A program made the translations under genes and the position numbers. From Chloroflexota bacterium (GTDB lineage: Bacteria; Chloroflexota; Limnocylindria; Limnocylindrales; CSP1-4): a stretch of DNA of 64,000 bases. The notes under the pieces were generated by a model. It saw nothing but the letters and a program-made list of their open reading frames with translations, was not told the origin of the DNA and ran no database searches. Of this stretch, positions 1 through 8,012 are shown piece by piece; position 1 is the first letter of the stretch; the number at the start of each line of letters is the position of its first letter. The DNA lies in assembly GCA_021785175.1 (NCBI GenBank), contig JAJYGH010000041.1:2815-66814 (forward strand), written 5' to 3'.

Positions 1-1
1 G

Positions 2-688
2 GGCGCGACGCTCGGGCTCAGCTCGGTCGAGGCGCTGCTGGAGCGCCGGGTCCGTCCGCTGGCGCGGGGCCTCGGCATCGAGTTCGTCGAGCCGTGCGAC
101 GTGTCGGACGACGACCAGATCGCGCGGGTGTTCGAGCGCTGGCGCGAGGAGCACGGCCAGGTCGACATCCTCGTGCACGCGCTCGCGTTCGCGAACCGCG
201 AGGATCTGGACGGCCTGTTCGTCGACACGACGCGGGCCGGGTTCCAGCGCGCGCTCGATGTCAGTGCGTACTCGCTGACGGCCCTGACGCGCGCCGCGCG
301 TCCGATGCTCCGCCCCGGTAGCAGCATCATGACGCTCACGTACCTCGGGGCGGAGCGTGCCGTCCCGCACTACAACGTGATGGGCGTCGCCAAGGCCGCG
401 CTCGAGGCGAGCGTGCGGTACCTCGCGGCGGACCTTGGGCCGGAGGGAGTGCGGGTCAACGCCATCAGCGCGGGGCCGGTCCGCACGTTGGCCGCGAGCG
501 GTGTCTCGGGCTTTCGCGACATGTACGCCCGGTTCCGCGACACCGCGCCGCTGCGCCGCAACATCACCCCGGACGACGTGGCGGGCACGGCGGTCTGGCT
601 GGCGAGCGACCTGTCATCGGGGGTGACCGGCGAGGTCGTGTACGTCGACGGGGGGTTCTCGATCCTGGGGGTCGGGCTGGGCGAATAG
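2..688 (+). CDS. fabI: Enoyl-[acyl-carrier-protein] reductase (NADH) FabI, 5'-truncated by the window edge
   Basis: Frame 2 is open from nt 2. The translation (GLGIEFVEPCDVSDD...YLGAERAVPHYNVMGVAKAALEASVRYLA..GPEGVRVNAISAGPVRTLAASG...VYVDGGFSI) matches the FabI SDR core and C-terminus. It runs off the 5' edge. Confidence 0.85.
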   Translation, partial: GATLGLSSVEALLERRVRPLARGLGIEFVEPCDVSDDDQIARVFERWREEHGQVDILVHALAFANREDLDGLFVDTTRAGFQRALDVSAYSLTALTRAARPMLRPGSSIMTLTYLGAERAVPHYNVMGVAKAALEASVRYLAADLGPEGVRVNAISAGPVRTLAASGVSGFRDMYARFRDTAPLRRNITPDDVAGTAVWLASDLSSGVTGEVVYVDGGFSILGVGLGE

Positions 689-940
689 GACTGCTCCGTC
701 GCCGTCATGCAGCGCGACACGCGAAGGCGCCCGGAGGAACCGCTGGATCGGCGCGACCGACGGCGAGCCGCCAGTGCAGCCGAGCCGGGGAAGGGAGAAG
801 GCGCCTGACGAGCAGGCGTCCGAGCGTCCATTCCCTGGTCCGATCCCGGTCCGGCGGTTGTCCGTCGGTCCTGGTCCGGGTCCGTGGCCCCTCCAGGCTG
901 ACAGGACTGTAGAGGTCGCATCGCAGGGCCGTCAACGCGC

Positions 941-1080
941 GTTGTCCACGGATTTCAAACTCTGACACGGGTTGTCCAGAGTCGTCCACATTCGATATCC
1001 ACACGGTGGACAACCGCGCACGCCGACCGGACACCGGGCTCCTGCCGTTCCACCGGACACCGGGCTCCTGCCGCTCCACG
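941..1080. promoter_or_regulatory. Repeat-rich upstream region of the M3 peptidase gene: four GT(T/C)GTCCA(C/G) boxes (three direct, one inverted) followed by a tandem 26-bp duplication
   Basis: Seen directly: gttgtccacgg (~941), gttgtccagag (~971), gtcgtccacatt (~982) and ggtggacaacc (inverted, ~1004), then cggacaccgggctcctgccg(t/c)tccac repeated twice (~1027-1080). This ends about 35 nt before the ATG at 1116. Confidence 0.35.
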
Positions 1081-1115
1081 GAGACCCTGCATGCGGAGGG
1101 CGCTACGATCGCCCG

Positions 1116-3200
1116 ATGCTGTACGACTACTCGTCGGTCTCCACGGAGACCGTGCGCCGCGAAACGGACGAGGCCCTCGCGGCGGCAGATCGGCTCATCG
1201 CGGCCGCGGTCGCGGCTGGCGAGCCGGGGTTCGAGACGACGCTGGTCCCGCTCGACGACGCGCTCGATCGGGTCCAGCTGGCGTACGGGCGAGGCGCGTT
1301 CATGGCCCGGGTGCACCCGGATCCGGACGTGCGCGACGCGGGACAGGCCGCGGAGGAGCGGCTGGCGAAGTGGCGCGTCGCCCTTCCCTTCCGGGACGAT
1401 CTGTACCGCGCGGTGCGGGCCTATGCTTCGGCGGGCGATGCGGCGACCCTGGCCGGCGAACGCCGCCGGCTGCTCGATCACTGGCTGCGTGACTTCCGGC
1501 GAGCGGGCCACGACCTGTCGTCGGAGGCGCGCGCAGAGCTCGAACGGTTGCAGGCGCGGCTCGTCGAGCTCGAGGTGCTGTTCCAGCGGAACGTCGACGA
1601 ATACCACGACGGGATCGAGGTGACGCGCGAGGACCTCGCGGGCCTGCCCGATTCGTACGTCGAGCGGCTCCCGCAGGGGTCGACGCCGGGCACGTACGAG
1701 GTGAGCCTCGAGTATCCGAGCGTGTTCCCGTTTCTCGACCAGGCCGACCGACGGGACCTCCGCGAGCGGCTCGAGGCGAAGCTGTACAACCGCGCCGCGG
1801 CGGTGAACCGGCCGATCATCGAGGAGACGCTCCGCATCCGGAAGCGGATCGCCGCCCTCTTCGGGCTGCCCTCCTGGGCGCACTACGCGCTCGAGGTCAA
1901 GATGGCCGGCGACCCCGCAGCGGTCCATCGCTTCTACGCCGGACTCGTCCCGCCGCTCCGGCAGAAGGCCCAGGGCGAGGTGGCGAATCTCGCGGCCCTG
2001 CTCGAGGCGGACACCGGCGAGACGGACCTGCGGTCGTGGGATTGGCGGTACTACGAGAACCAGGTGCGGCGCCGCGAGTTCGGGCTCGACCAGAATCGGA
2101 TCGCGGAGTACTTCCCGCTCGACGTCGTCGTGGAGGGGATCTTCGGGCTGACGGGCGAGGTGTTCGGGCTTGCCTACCGAAGCGTCGAGCCCACCCGTGC
2201 GTGGCACCCCGACGTCCTGCTCTACGAGATCCGCGACCGCGCGACCGACTCGCTCATCGCGCACTTCTACGCGGACCTGTTCCCCCGCGAGGGCAAGTAC
2301 GGTCACGCCGCCGCCTTCCCGCTCGTCGCGGGACACCGCCGACCGGATGGGACCTGGGAGCGGCCCGTGTCGGCGATCGTCGCGAATTTCACGCGGCCGT
2401 CCGGCGACCAGCCCTCGCTGCTCCGCCACGACGAGGTCGTGACGCTGTTCCATGAGTTCGGGCACATCCTGCACCAGTCGCTGACCCGCGCCGAGTTCGT
2501 GCGGTTCTCGGGGACGGAGACCGAGCTGGATTTCGTCGAGGCGCCGAGCCAGATCATGGAGCACTGGGCGTGGGACGCCACCGTGCTGCGGCGGTTCGCG
2601 CGGCACTATCGGACCGCCGAGCCGATCCCGACGGACCTCGTCGCGGAGCTCGTCCGATCGCGCGATCTCGACGTCGCGCTCCGGACGCTTCGGCAGGTCT
2701 CCCTCGGCCTCATCGACCTCGGCTTCCACGACGAGGCCGATGAGCGCGACCTCGATGCCATCAACCGGCGCGCGTGGGAGGTGTCGGAGATCCCCTTCCA
2801 CGAAGGGACGTTCTTCCCGGGCGCCTTCGCGCACCTGTTCGGCGGGTACGACGCCGGGTACTACGGGTACCTGTGGTCGAAGGTGTTCGGGGACGACATG
2901 TTCGGCCGGTTCCGTGAGGCCGACGCGACGAGCCCGGAGGTCGGGGCGGCGTACCGGCGCGAGATTCTCGAGGTCGGTGGCTCGCGGGACGCCGCCGCGA
3001 GCCTGCGGGCGTTCCTCGGGCGCGAGCCGTCCAACGAGACGTTCCTGCGGATGCTCGGGATCGGGCCGCAGCCGCCAGGCGAGAGCGGCGAGGGGGCCCC
3101 CGACGCCGGTGTCTCCGACGCGGCACCGTCCGAGGCCGCGGAACAGGAGCCGGGGGCGCCGACCGGTCGCGGCGCGGTCGGCGGCCGGCCGCAGGCGTAG
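1116..3200 (+). CDS. M3-family zinc metallopeptidase (peptidyl-dipeptidase Dcp / oligopeptidase A-like)
   Basis: 695 aa with an HEFGH zinc motif (TLFHEFGHILH) and an M3-type C-terminal region (GYYGYLWSKVF). The track ORF begins at 972, but the conserved N-terminus starts at MLYDYSS (ATG 1116); 972 is an alternative start. Confidence 0.85.
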   Translation: MLYDYSSVSTETVRRETDEALAAADRLIAAAVAAGEPGFETTLVPLDDALDRVQLAYGRGAFMARVHPDPDVRDAGQAAEERLAKWRVALPFRDDLYRAVRAYASAGDAATLAGERRRLLDHWLRDFRRAGHDLSSEARAELERLQARLVELEVLFQRNVDEYHDGIEVTREDLAGLPDSYVERLPQGSTPGTYEVSLEYPSVFPFLDQADRRDLRERLEAKLYNRAAAVNRPIIEETLRIRKRIAALFGLPSWAHYALEVKMAGDPAAVHRFYAGLVPPLRQKAQGEVANLAALLEADTGETDLRSWDWRYYENQVRRREFGLDQNRIAEYFPLDVVVEGIFGLTGEVFGLAYRSVEPTRAWHPDVLLYEIRDRATDSLIAHFYADLFPREGKYGHAAAFPLVAGHRRPDGTWERPVSAIVANFTRPSGDQPSLLRHDEVVTLFHEFGHILHQSLTRAEFVRFSGTETELDFVEAPSQIMEHWAWDATVLRRFARHYRTAEPIPTDLVAELVRSRDLDVALRTLRQVSLGLIDLGFHDEADERDLDAINRRAWEVSEIPFHEGTFFPGAFAHLFGGYDAGYYGYLWSKVFGDDMFGRFREADATSPEVGAAYRREILEVGGSRDAAASLRAFLGREPSNETFLRMLGIGPQPPGESGEGAPDAGVSDAAPSEAAEQEPGAPTGRGAVGGRPQA

Positions 3201-3319
3201 GAGGCCGGCGCGTGGCGGGTTGCCCGACCGGCACACGGCAGAACGTGGCATGCTCAGGGGGTTGAGCCTGCTGGCATGAGGCATGTCGGCGCTCGCTTCC
3301 GTGGCAGAGGACCCTCCAC

Positions 3320-4648
3320 GTGAGCCGTGAGCGTGTCGTCATCATGGGCGCCGCCGGGCGCGACTTCCACGACTTCAACGTCGCCTACCGCGACAACCCC
3401 GACGTCGAGGTGATCGCCTTCACGGCGACCCAGATTCCCGGCATCGCCGGTCGCCGCTATCCGCCGGAGCTCGCCGGCGACCTGTATCCGGACGGCATCC
3501 CGATCGTCGCCGAGGCGGAGCTCGAGCGCCTGATCCGGGAGGAGCGGATCGATGCGGTCGTGTTCGCCTACAGCGACGTGTCGCACGAGCACGTCATGCA
3601 CAGCGCCTCCCGCGCGCTTGCCGAGGGCGCCGACTTCGAGCTGCTCGGACCCGCGCGGACGATGATCGAGAGCACGAAGCCGGTCGTCGCGGTCTGCGCG
3701 GTCCGGACGGGCTCGGGCAAGAGCCAGACGACGCGCCGCGTCGCGGCGATCCTCGACGAGCTCGGGCTGCAGCCCGTCGTGGTCCGCCACCCGATGCCGT
3801 ACGGCGACCTCGCCGCCCAGAAGGTGCAGCGCTACGCGGAGTACGCCGACCTCGACCGGCACCGGACCACGATCGAGGAGCGCGAGGAGTACGAGCCGCA
3901 CCTCGACGCCGGGCACGTCGTGTACGCGGGCGTCGACTACGGCGCGATCCTGCGCCAGGCCGAGCAGGAGGCGGACGTCGTCCTGTGGGACGGCGGCAAC
4001 AACGACTTCAGCTTCTACCGCCCGGACCTGACGATCGTCGTCGCCGACCCGCTCCGGGCCGGCGACGAGCTCCGCTACCACCCGGGCGAGACCAACCTGC
4101 GGATGGCGGACGTCATCGTGATCAACAAGATCGACTCGGCGAGCGAGGAGCAGCTCGCGACGCTGCGGGACCACGTCGCGAAGGTGAACCCCGGCGCGGC
4201 GGTCATCGAGGCGCGTTCGAAGCTCGCGCTCGAGGGCGGCGAGATCGCCGGGAAGCGCGTCGTGGTCGTCGAGGACGGCCCGACGCTCACCCACGGCGGC
4301 ATGACGTACGGTGCCGGGATCGTCGCGGCACGCCGGTTCGGCGCCGAGGTCGTCGATCCGCGCCCGTACGCGGTCGCGAGCATCCGGGCGACGCTCGACC
4401 GGTACCCGGCACTCGAGCCGCTCCTGCCGGCGATGGGCTACGGGGACCAGCAGATCCGCGAGCTCGAGGCGACGCTCAACGCGGTGCCCGCGGACCTCGT
4501 GCTCTCGGCCACGCCCATCGACCTCCGCCGCGTGCTGACGGTGAACAAGCCGATCGTCCGGGTGCGGTACGAGCTCGACGAGGCGACCGGGCCTTCGCTG
4601 CGCGACCTGGTCGAGCGTGCCGTCCGCCGGCAGCCCGTGACCGCGTAG
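3320..4648 (+). CDS. P-loop NTPase resembling the cyclic 2,3-diphosphoglycerate synthetase (CPGS) family
   Basis: 442 aa with normal composition. N-terminus RVVIMGAAGRDFHDFNV. Walker A motif AVRTGSGKSQT. The family assignment is from memory of CPGS-like bacterial proteins and is not verified. Confidence 0.45.
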   Translation: MSRERVVIMGAAGRDFHDFNVAYRDNPDVEVIAFTATQIPGIAGRRYPPELAGDLYPDGIPIVAEAELERLIREERIDAVVFAYSDVSHEHVMHSASRALAEGADFELLGPARTMIESTKPVVAVCAVRTGSGKSQTTRRVAAILDELGLQPVVVRHPMPYGDLAAQKVQRYAEYADLDRHRTTIEEREEYEPHLDAGHVVYAGVDYGAILRQAEQEADVVLWDGGNNDFSFYRPDLTIVVADPLRAGDELRYHPGETNLRMADVIVINKIDSASEEQLATLRDHVAKVNPGAAVIEARSKLALEGGEIAGKRVVVVEDGPTLTHGGMTYGAGIVAARRFGAEVVDPRPYAVASIRATLDRYPALEPLLPAMGYGDQQIRELEATLNAVPADLVLSATPIDLRRVLTVNKPIVRVRYELDEATGPSLRDLVERAVRRQPVTA

Positions 4649-4688
4649 TCGCTGCCGTCGCCGGTCGTCCACCCCGGCTGGCCGGGCG

Positions 4689-4720
4689 TGTGCCGGGCCG
4701 GCGTTGCTCCCGGCCCGGCA
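4689..4720 (+). terminator. GC-rich hairpin (12-bp perfect stem, 8-nt loop) 40 nt downstream of the CPGS-like gene
   Basis: gtgccgggccgg-cgttgctc-ccggcccggcac, read directly from the sequence. There is no T-tract, as is usual for high-GC genomes. Confidence 0.3.
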
Positions 4721-4822
4721 CTGCCTGAGCGGCGAGGTTCGCGCCGCGCGCGCCCTCGGGCACGCCGTCGTACTCTCGTGCTCACCGATCCGACCTGCCT
4801 CGCGGCGCCCGCCGCCGGGGCC

Positions 4823-5836
4823 ATGCAGCTGGAGCTCGAGATGTCCGGACTCGCCCATCCGTCCGCGGGCGCCCTCGGCGAGGCGTCGCCGGCGGGGACT
4901 CGCCACTACCTGGCCGTCGCGTCCCTCACGCCGGACGAGTTCGCCCGCCTCGTCTCGCTCGCCCGCCGCATGAAGCGCGAGCCGGGCGCGTGGCGCGACG
5001 CGATCCCCGGCGGCAAGCTCGCCATGCTGTTCGACAAGCCCTCGACCCGCACGCGGGTGAGTTTCGAGGCGGCCGCGGTCAACCTCGGGATGCACCCGAT
5101 GATGCTGCGGCCGGACGAGCTCCAGATCGGGCGTGGCGAGCCGCCGCAGGACACGGCGCGCGTGCTGTCGCGGATGGTCGACGCGATCGCGTGGCGGACG
5201 TTCTCCCAGGCCAGGATGGAGGCGTTCGCGGCGGTCGCGACGATCCCCGTCATCAACGCCCTGACCGACGAGCATCACCCGTGCCAGGCGCTCGCCGACC
5301 TCATGACGATCGAGGAATCGGTCGGTTCGCTGGCCGGCCACCGGCTCGCGTACGTCGGAGACGGCAACAACGTCGCCCACTCGCTGCTCGAGGCGGCCGC
5401 GCTCGCGGGCATGCACATCGTCCTGGCGTCGCCCGAGGGGTACGAGCCCGACGCGGCGATCGTGGCTGCGGCGCGCGAGCGCGCCCACGAGACCGGCGGC
5501 AGCATCGAGATCGTGCACGATCCGGTCGAGGCGGTCCGCGGGGCGGAGGCGGTCTACACCGACGTCTGGACGTCGATGGGCGAGGAGGCCGAGCGGGAGG
5601 CGAGGCGGCGCGCGTTCGCCGGCTACGTCGTGACGTCGTCGCTCATGGAGGCCGCTGCGCCGGACGCGATCTTCCTGCATTGCCTGCCCGCCCATCGCGG
5701 CGAGGAGGTCGAGGAGGCGGTCATCGAAGGGCGCTGGTCGCGGGTCTGGGACGAGGCCGAGAACCGGCTCTGGACCGAGGAGGCCGTCCTGTACGCGCTG
5801 ATCACCGGCGACTGGCGGGGGGACCGGGCGGGCTGA
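4823..5836 (+). CDS. argF: Ornithine carbamoyltransferase
   Basis: Carries the STRTR, HPCQ, DVWTSMG and HCLPAHRGEE motifs diagnostic of ornithine carbamoyltransferase. The track ORF starts at 4688; the conserved N-terminus (RHYLAVASLTPDEF) points to the ATG at 4823 or the next Met at 4841. Confidence 0.85.
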   Translation: MQLELEMSGLAHPSAGALGEASPAGTRHYLAVASLTPDEFARLVSLARRMKREPGAWRDAIPGGKLAMLFDKPSTRTRVSFEAAAVNLGMHPMMLRPDELQIGRGEPPQDTARVLSRMVDAIAWRTFSQARMEAFAAVATIPVINALTDEHHPCQALADLMTIEESVGSLAGHRLAYVGDGNNVAHSLLEAAALAGMHIVLASPEGYEPDAAIVAAARERAHETGGSIEIVHDPVEAVRGAEAVYTDVWTSMGEEAEREARRRAFAGYVVTSSLMEAAAPDAIFLHCLPAHRGEEVEEAVIEGRWSRVWDEAENRLWTEEAVLYALITGDWRGDRAG

Positions 5837-5963
5837 GCACCGGCCGTGTCCCCGGCGCGCGCCCGGGCGGCCAGCCTGCCGCCAAGCATGAACCTGGTGC
5901 AAGCCCGCCCTCATCGGCGCCGCCGAACCGGGCGATGGCTGCGAGCAGCCGCTGGCGGCCGGG

Positions 5964-6443
5964 CTACTCCTCCTCGGAGCGAGCCTCCATCCGGTTCTCG
6001 TCGAGGAACGGCAGGATCACGCGCTCCTCCTGCTCGAAGTGCGAGCTCATGAGCGCGTGGACGCCGTAGAGGCGTGCCCGAAGGTCGACGAGCTGGCGAT
6101 GCGTGGGCTCCCGGCGGAGGGCGAGCCAGTCGGCCTCCAGGCGGTCGATTCCCTGGCGGATCTGCTGGTGCTGGAGGCGCAGGAGGCGGGTCGCCCACGC
6201 CGTCTGGGCGAGGCGGTCCATCTCCGGGTAGCAGAAGTTGTCCTCCCAATCGAGGTGGGGGAGGACGGTCTTCTCGATCGAGTCGAGCAGGCTGCGCAGC
6301 GCGCTCGCGAGGTCGCGGGCGGCGAGGTTGCCGGCCATCTCGGCCGTGGCCTCGATGCGCCCCATGACGTGTTCCATCTCGCGGTGCTCGTGACTGAGGA
6401 TCCGGCGCTCGACCGCGACCCCCTGCCGTTGCGATGTCGGCAT
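5964..6443 (-). CDS. Hemerythrin-like (HHE cation-binding) domain protein
   Basis: 159 aa with repeated H...HxxxE spacing (HEHREMEH, HLDWED, HFEQEE) typical of hemerythrin-like and Fe-S repair (RIC-type) domains. It is divergent from the hydrogenase operon. Confidence 0.55.
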   Translation of the reverse strand: MPTSQRQGVAVERRILSHEHREMEHVMGRIEATAEMAGNLAARDLASALRSLLDSIEKTVLPHLDWEDNFCYPEMDRLAQTAWATRLLRLQHQQIRQGIDRLEADWLALRREPTHRQLVDLRARLYGVHALMSSHFEQEERVILPFLDENRMEARSEEE

Positions 6444-6778
6444 CCCGGCCTCCTTGGGGCGCTGCTCGTCCTCGATGCAGTCTCCGCGACGGTCGGCCCG
6501 GATCGACAGTGCCCTCTGTCACCGTTTGGCGTGCGTGATGCCCCGTGGGGCCGTCCGTTCGCGTCCGAGCCCGAGCCCGACTGGTCAAGGCGGTGGCGCC
6601 CGGACGGACGACGTACCGGACGGCCCACGCTCCGGGCCCCACATGGCACGTCCGCCCCGTGGGCCTTGCCGCCTGTAATCTGGATCGGAGGGGGCGACCG
6701 CGCGGGGGACGCGGTCAGGTCGCCGCTGGGGCCCGCTGGAGAGGACCCTCGAACCCTCCCCGCGGAGGGAGTCGCTGC

Positions 6779-8011
6779 ATGCAAACGGCCGCACGCGGCC
6801 TCGAAGCGCTCCTCGTCGAGCGCGGCGTCTCGAGGCGGGCATTCCTCAAGTTCACCGGGTCCATGGCCGCGGCGCTGTCGCTCCCGCGCAGCTTCGGGCC
6901 TCGCATCGCGGAGGCGCTGGCGACGGCCCCGCGCGTGCCCGTCGTGTGGCTCGAGGGGCAGGACTGCGCGGGCAACACGGAGAGCTTCCTGCGCGCCTCC
7001 CACCCGACCGTCTCCGAGCTCGTGCTCGGCATCCTGTCGGTCGACTATCACGAGACGATCATGGCCCCCGCCGGCGCCGCGGCCGAGAAGTCGCTCAGTG
7101 ACACGATCACCGCGCATCCGAACGGGTACATCGCCGTGGTCGAGGGCGCGATCCCCACCGCCGAGAACGGGATCTTCTGCACGGTCGCGGGCAGCACGTT
7201 CGAGTCGATCGTGCACGAGGTCACGACGAACGCGCTCGTGACCATCGCCGTCGGGTCGTGCGCCTTCGACGGGGGCCTGCCCCGAGCGCACGGCGGCCCC
7301 ACCGGCGCCGTCGGCGTCAAGGACGTCGTGCCGAACGCGAAGGTCATCAACCTTCCGGGCTGCCCCATGAACGTCCAGAACCTGACCGCGACGATCGTGC
7401 ACTACCTCACGTTCGGCCAGTTCCCCGCGACCGACACCCTCGGACGGCCGCTGTTCGCGTACGGACAGCTCATCCACGATCAGTGCGAGCGGCGTGCGCA
7501 CTTCGACTCGGGCGAGTACGTGCTGGCCTGGGGCGACGAGGGACATCGCCAGGGCTGGTGCCTGTACCGGATGGGCTGCAAGGGGCCCGAGACCTTCTCG
7601 AACTGCCCCACCGCCCGGTTCAACGACGCAACCAGCTGGCCGGTGAAGTCGGGCCACGGCTGCGTCGGGTGCGCCATGCCGGACTTCTGGGACCAGATGT
7701 CGCCGTTCTACCGGCGGCTGCCCTCCGTGCCAGGCGCGCCCTCGAGCGTGACCCCCGATGAGATCGGGCTCGGGTTCGTGGGGGCGGTCGGCGCCCTCAC
7801 CGCCCTCCACGCCGGCGCCAGCTACGTCCGCGCGCGCCGGCGCTCGCCCGAGGGTGCATCGGAGTCGGAGACGTCCTCCCCATCCGATCTTCGGGAGCCG
7901 CCCGCGCCCGGCGGTCCGCCGCCCCTGTCCCGCACGGATCTCCCCGCCCAGGGCGGGGATGGGAACGACCTCGGATCGGGCAGGGACGGCACGCACGGGC
8001 AGGGGGCCTGA
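6779..8011 (+). CDS. hyaA: [NiFe]-hydrogenase small subunit, Tat-exported, with C-terminal membrane anchor plus disordered tail
   Basis: Twin-arginine signal (SRRAFLKF). Small-subunit motifs VVWLEG.DC..., AVGSCA, NLPGCP, HDQCERRAHFD, CLYRMGCKGPET, GHGCVGC. A hydrophobic anchor (IGLGFVGAVGALTAL) is followed by about 70 aa rich in Pro, Gly and Ser. Start ATG 6779 with a GGAGGGAG ribosome-binding site (RBS). The stop sits 1 nt before the large-subunit ATG. Confidence 0.9.
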   Translation: MQTAARGLEALLVERGVSRRAFLKFTGSMAAALSLPRSFGPRIAEALATAPRVPVVWLEGQDCAGNTESFLRASHPTVSELVLGILSVDYHETIMAPAGAAAEKSLSDTITAHPNGYIAVVEGAIPTAENGIFCTVAGSTFESIVHEVTTNALVTIAVGSCAFDGGLPRAHGGPTGAVGVKDVVPNAKVINLPGCPMNVQNLTATIVHYLTFGQFPATDTLGRPLFAYGQLIHDQCERRAHFDSGEYVLAWGDEGHRQGWCLYRMGCKGPETFSNCPTARFNDATSWPVKSGHGCVGCAMPDFWDQMSPFYRRLPSVPGAPSSVTPDEIGLGFVGAVGALTALHAGASYVRARRRSPEGASESETSSPSDLREPPAPGGPPPLSRTDLPAQGGDGNDLGSGRDGTHGQGA

Positions 8012-8012
8012 C

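Noticed and set aside
705-3284. 859-aa minus-strand ORF
   Set aside because: It is antisense to the M3 peptidase. The Arg/Pro/Ala-rich low-complexity translation is typical of GC-rich shadow ORFs, and it has no recognisable motifs.
3320-4648. P-loop protein as the missing HypB
   Set aside because: It is 442 aa, with no CH/GCTC nickel motif or HypB G-domain organisation. It lies 6.5 kb from hypA and is adjacent to argF instead.
3254-5914. 886-aa minus-strand ORF
   Set aside because: It is antisense to the CPGS-like and argF genes and has shadow-ORF composition.
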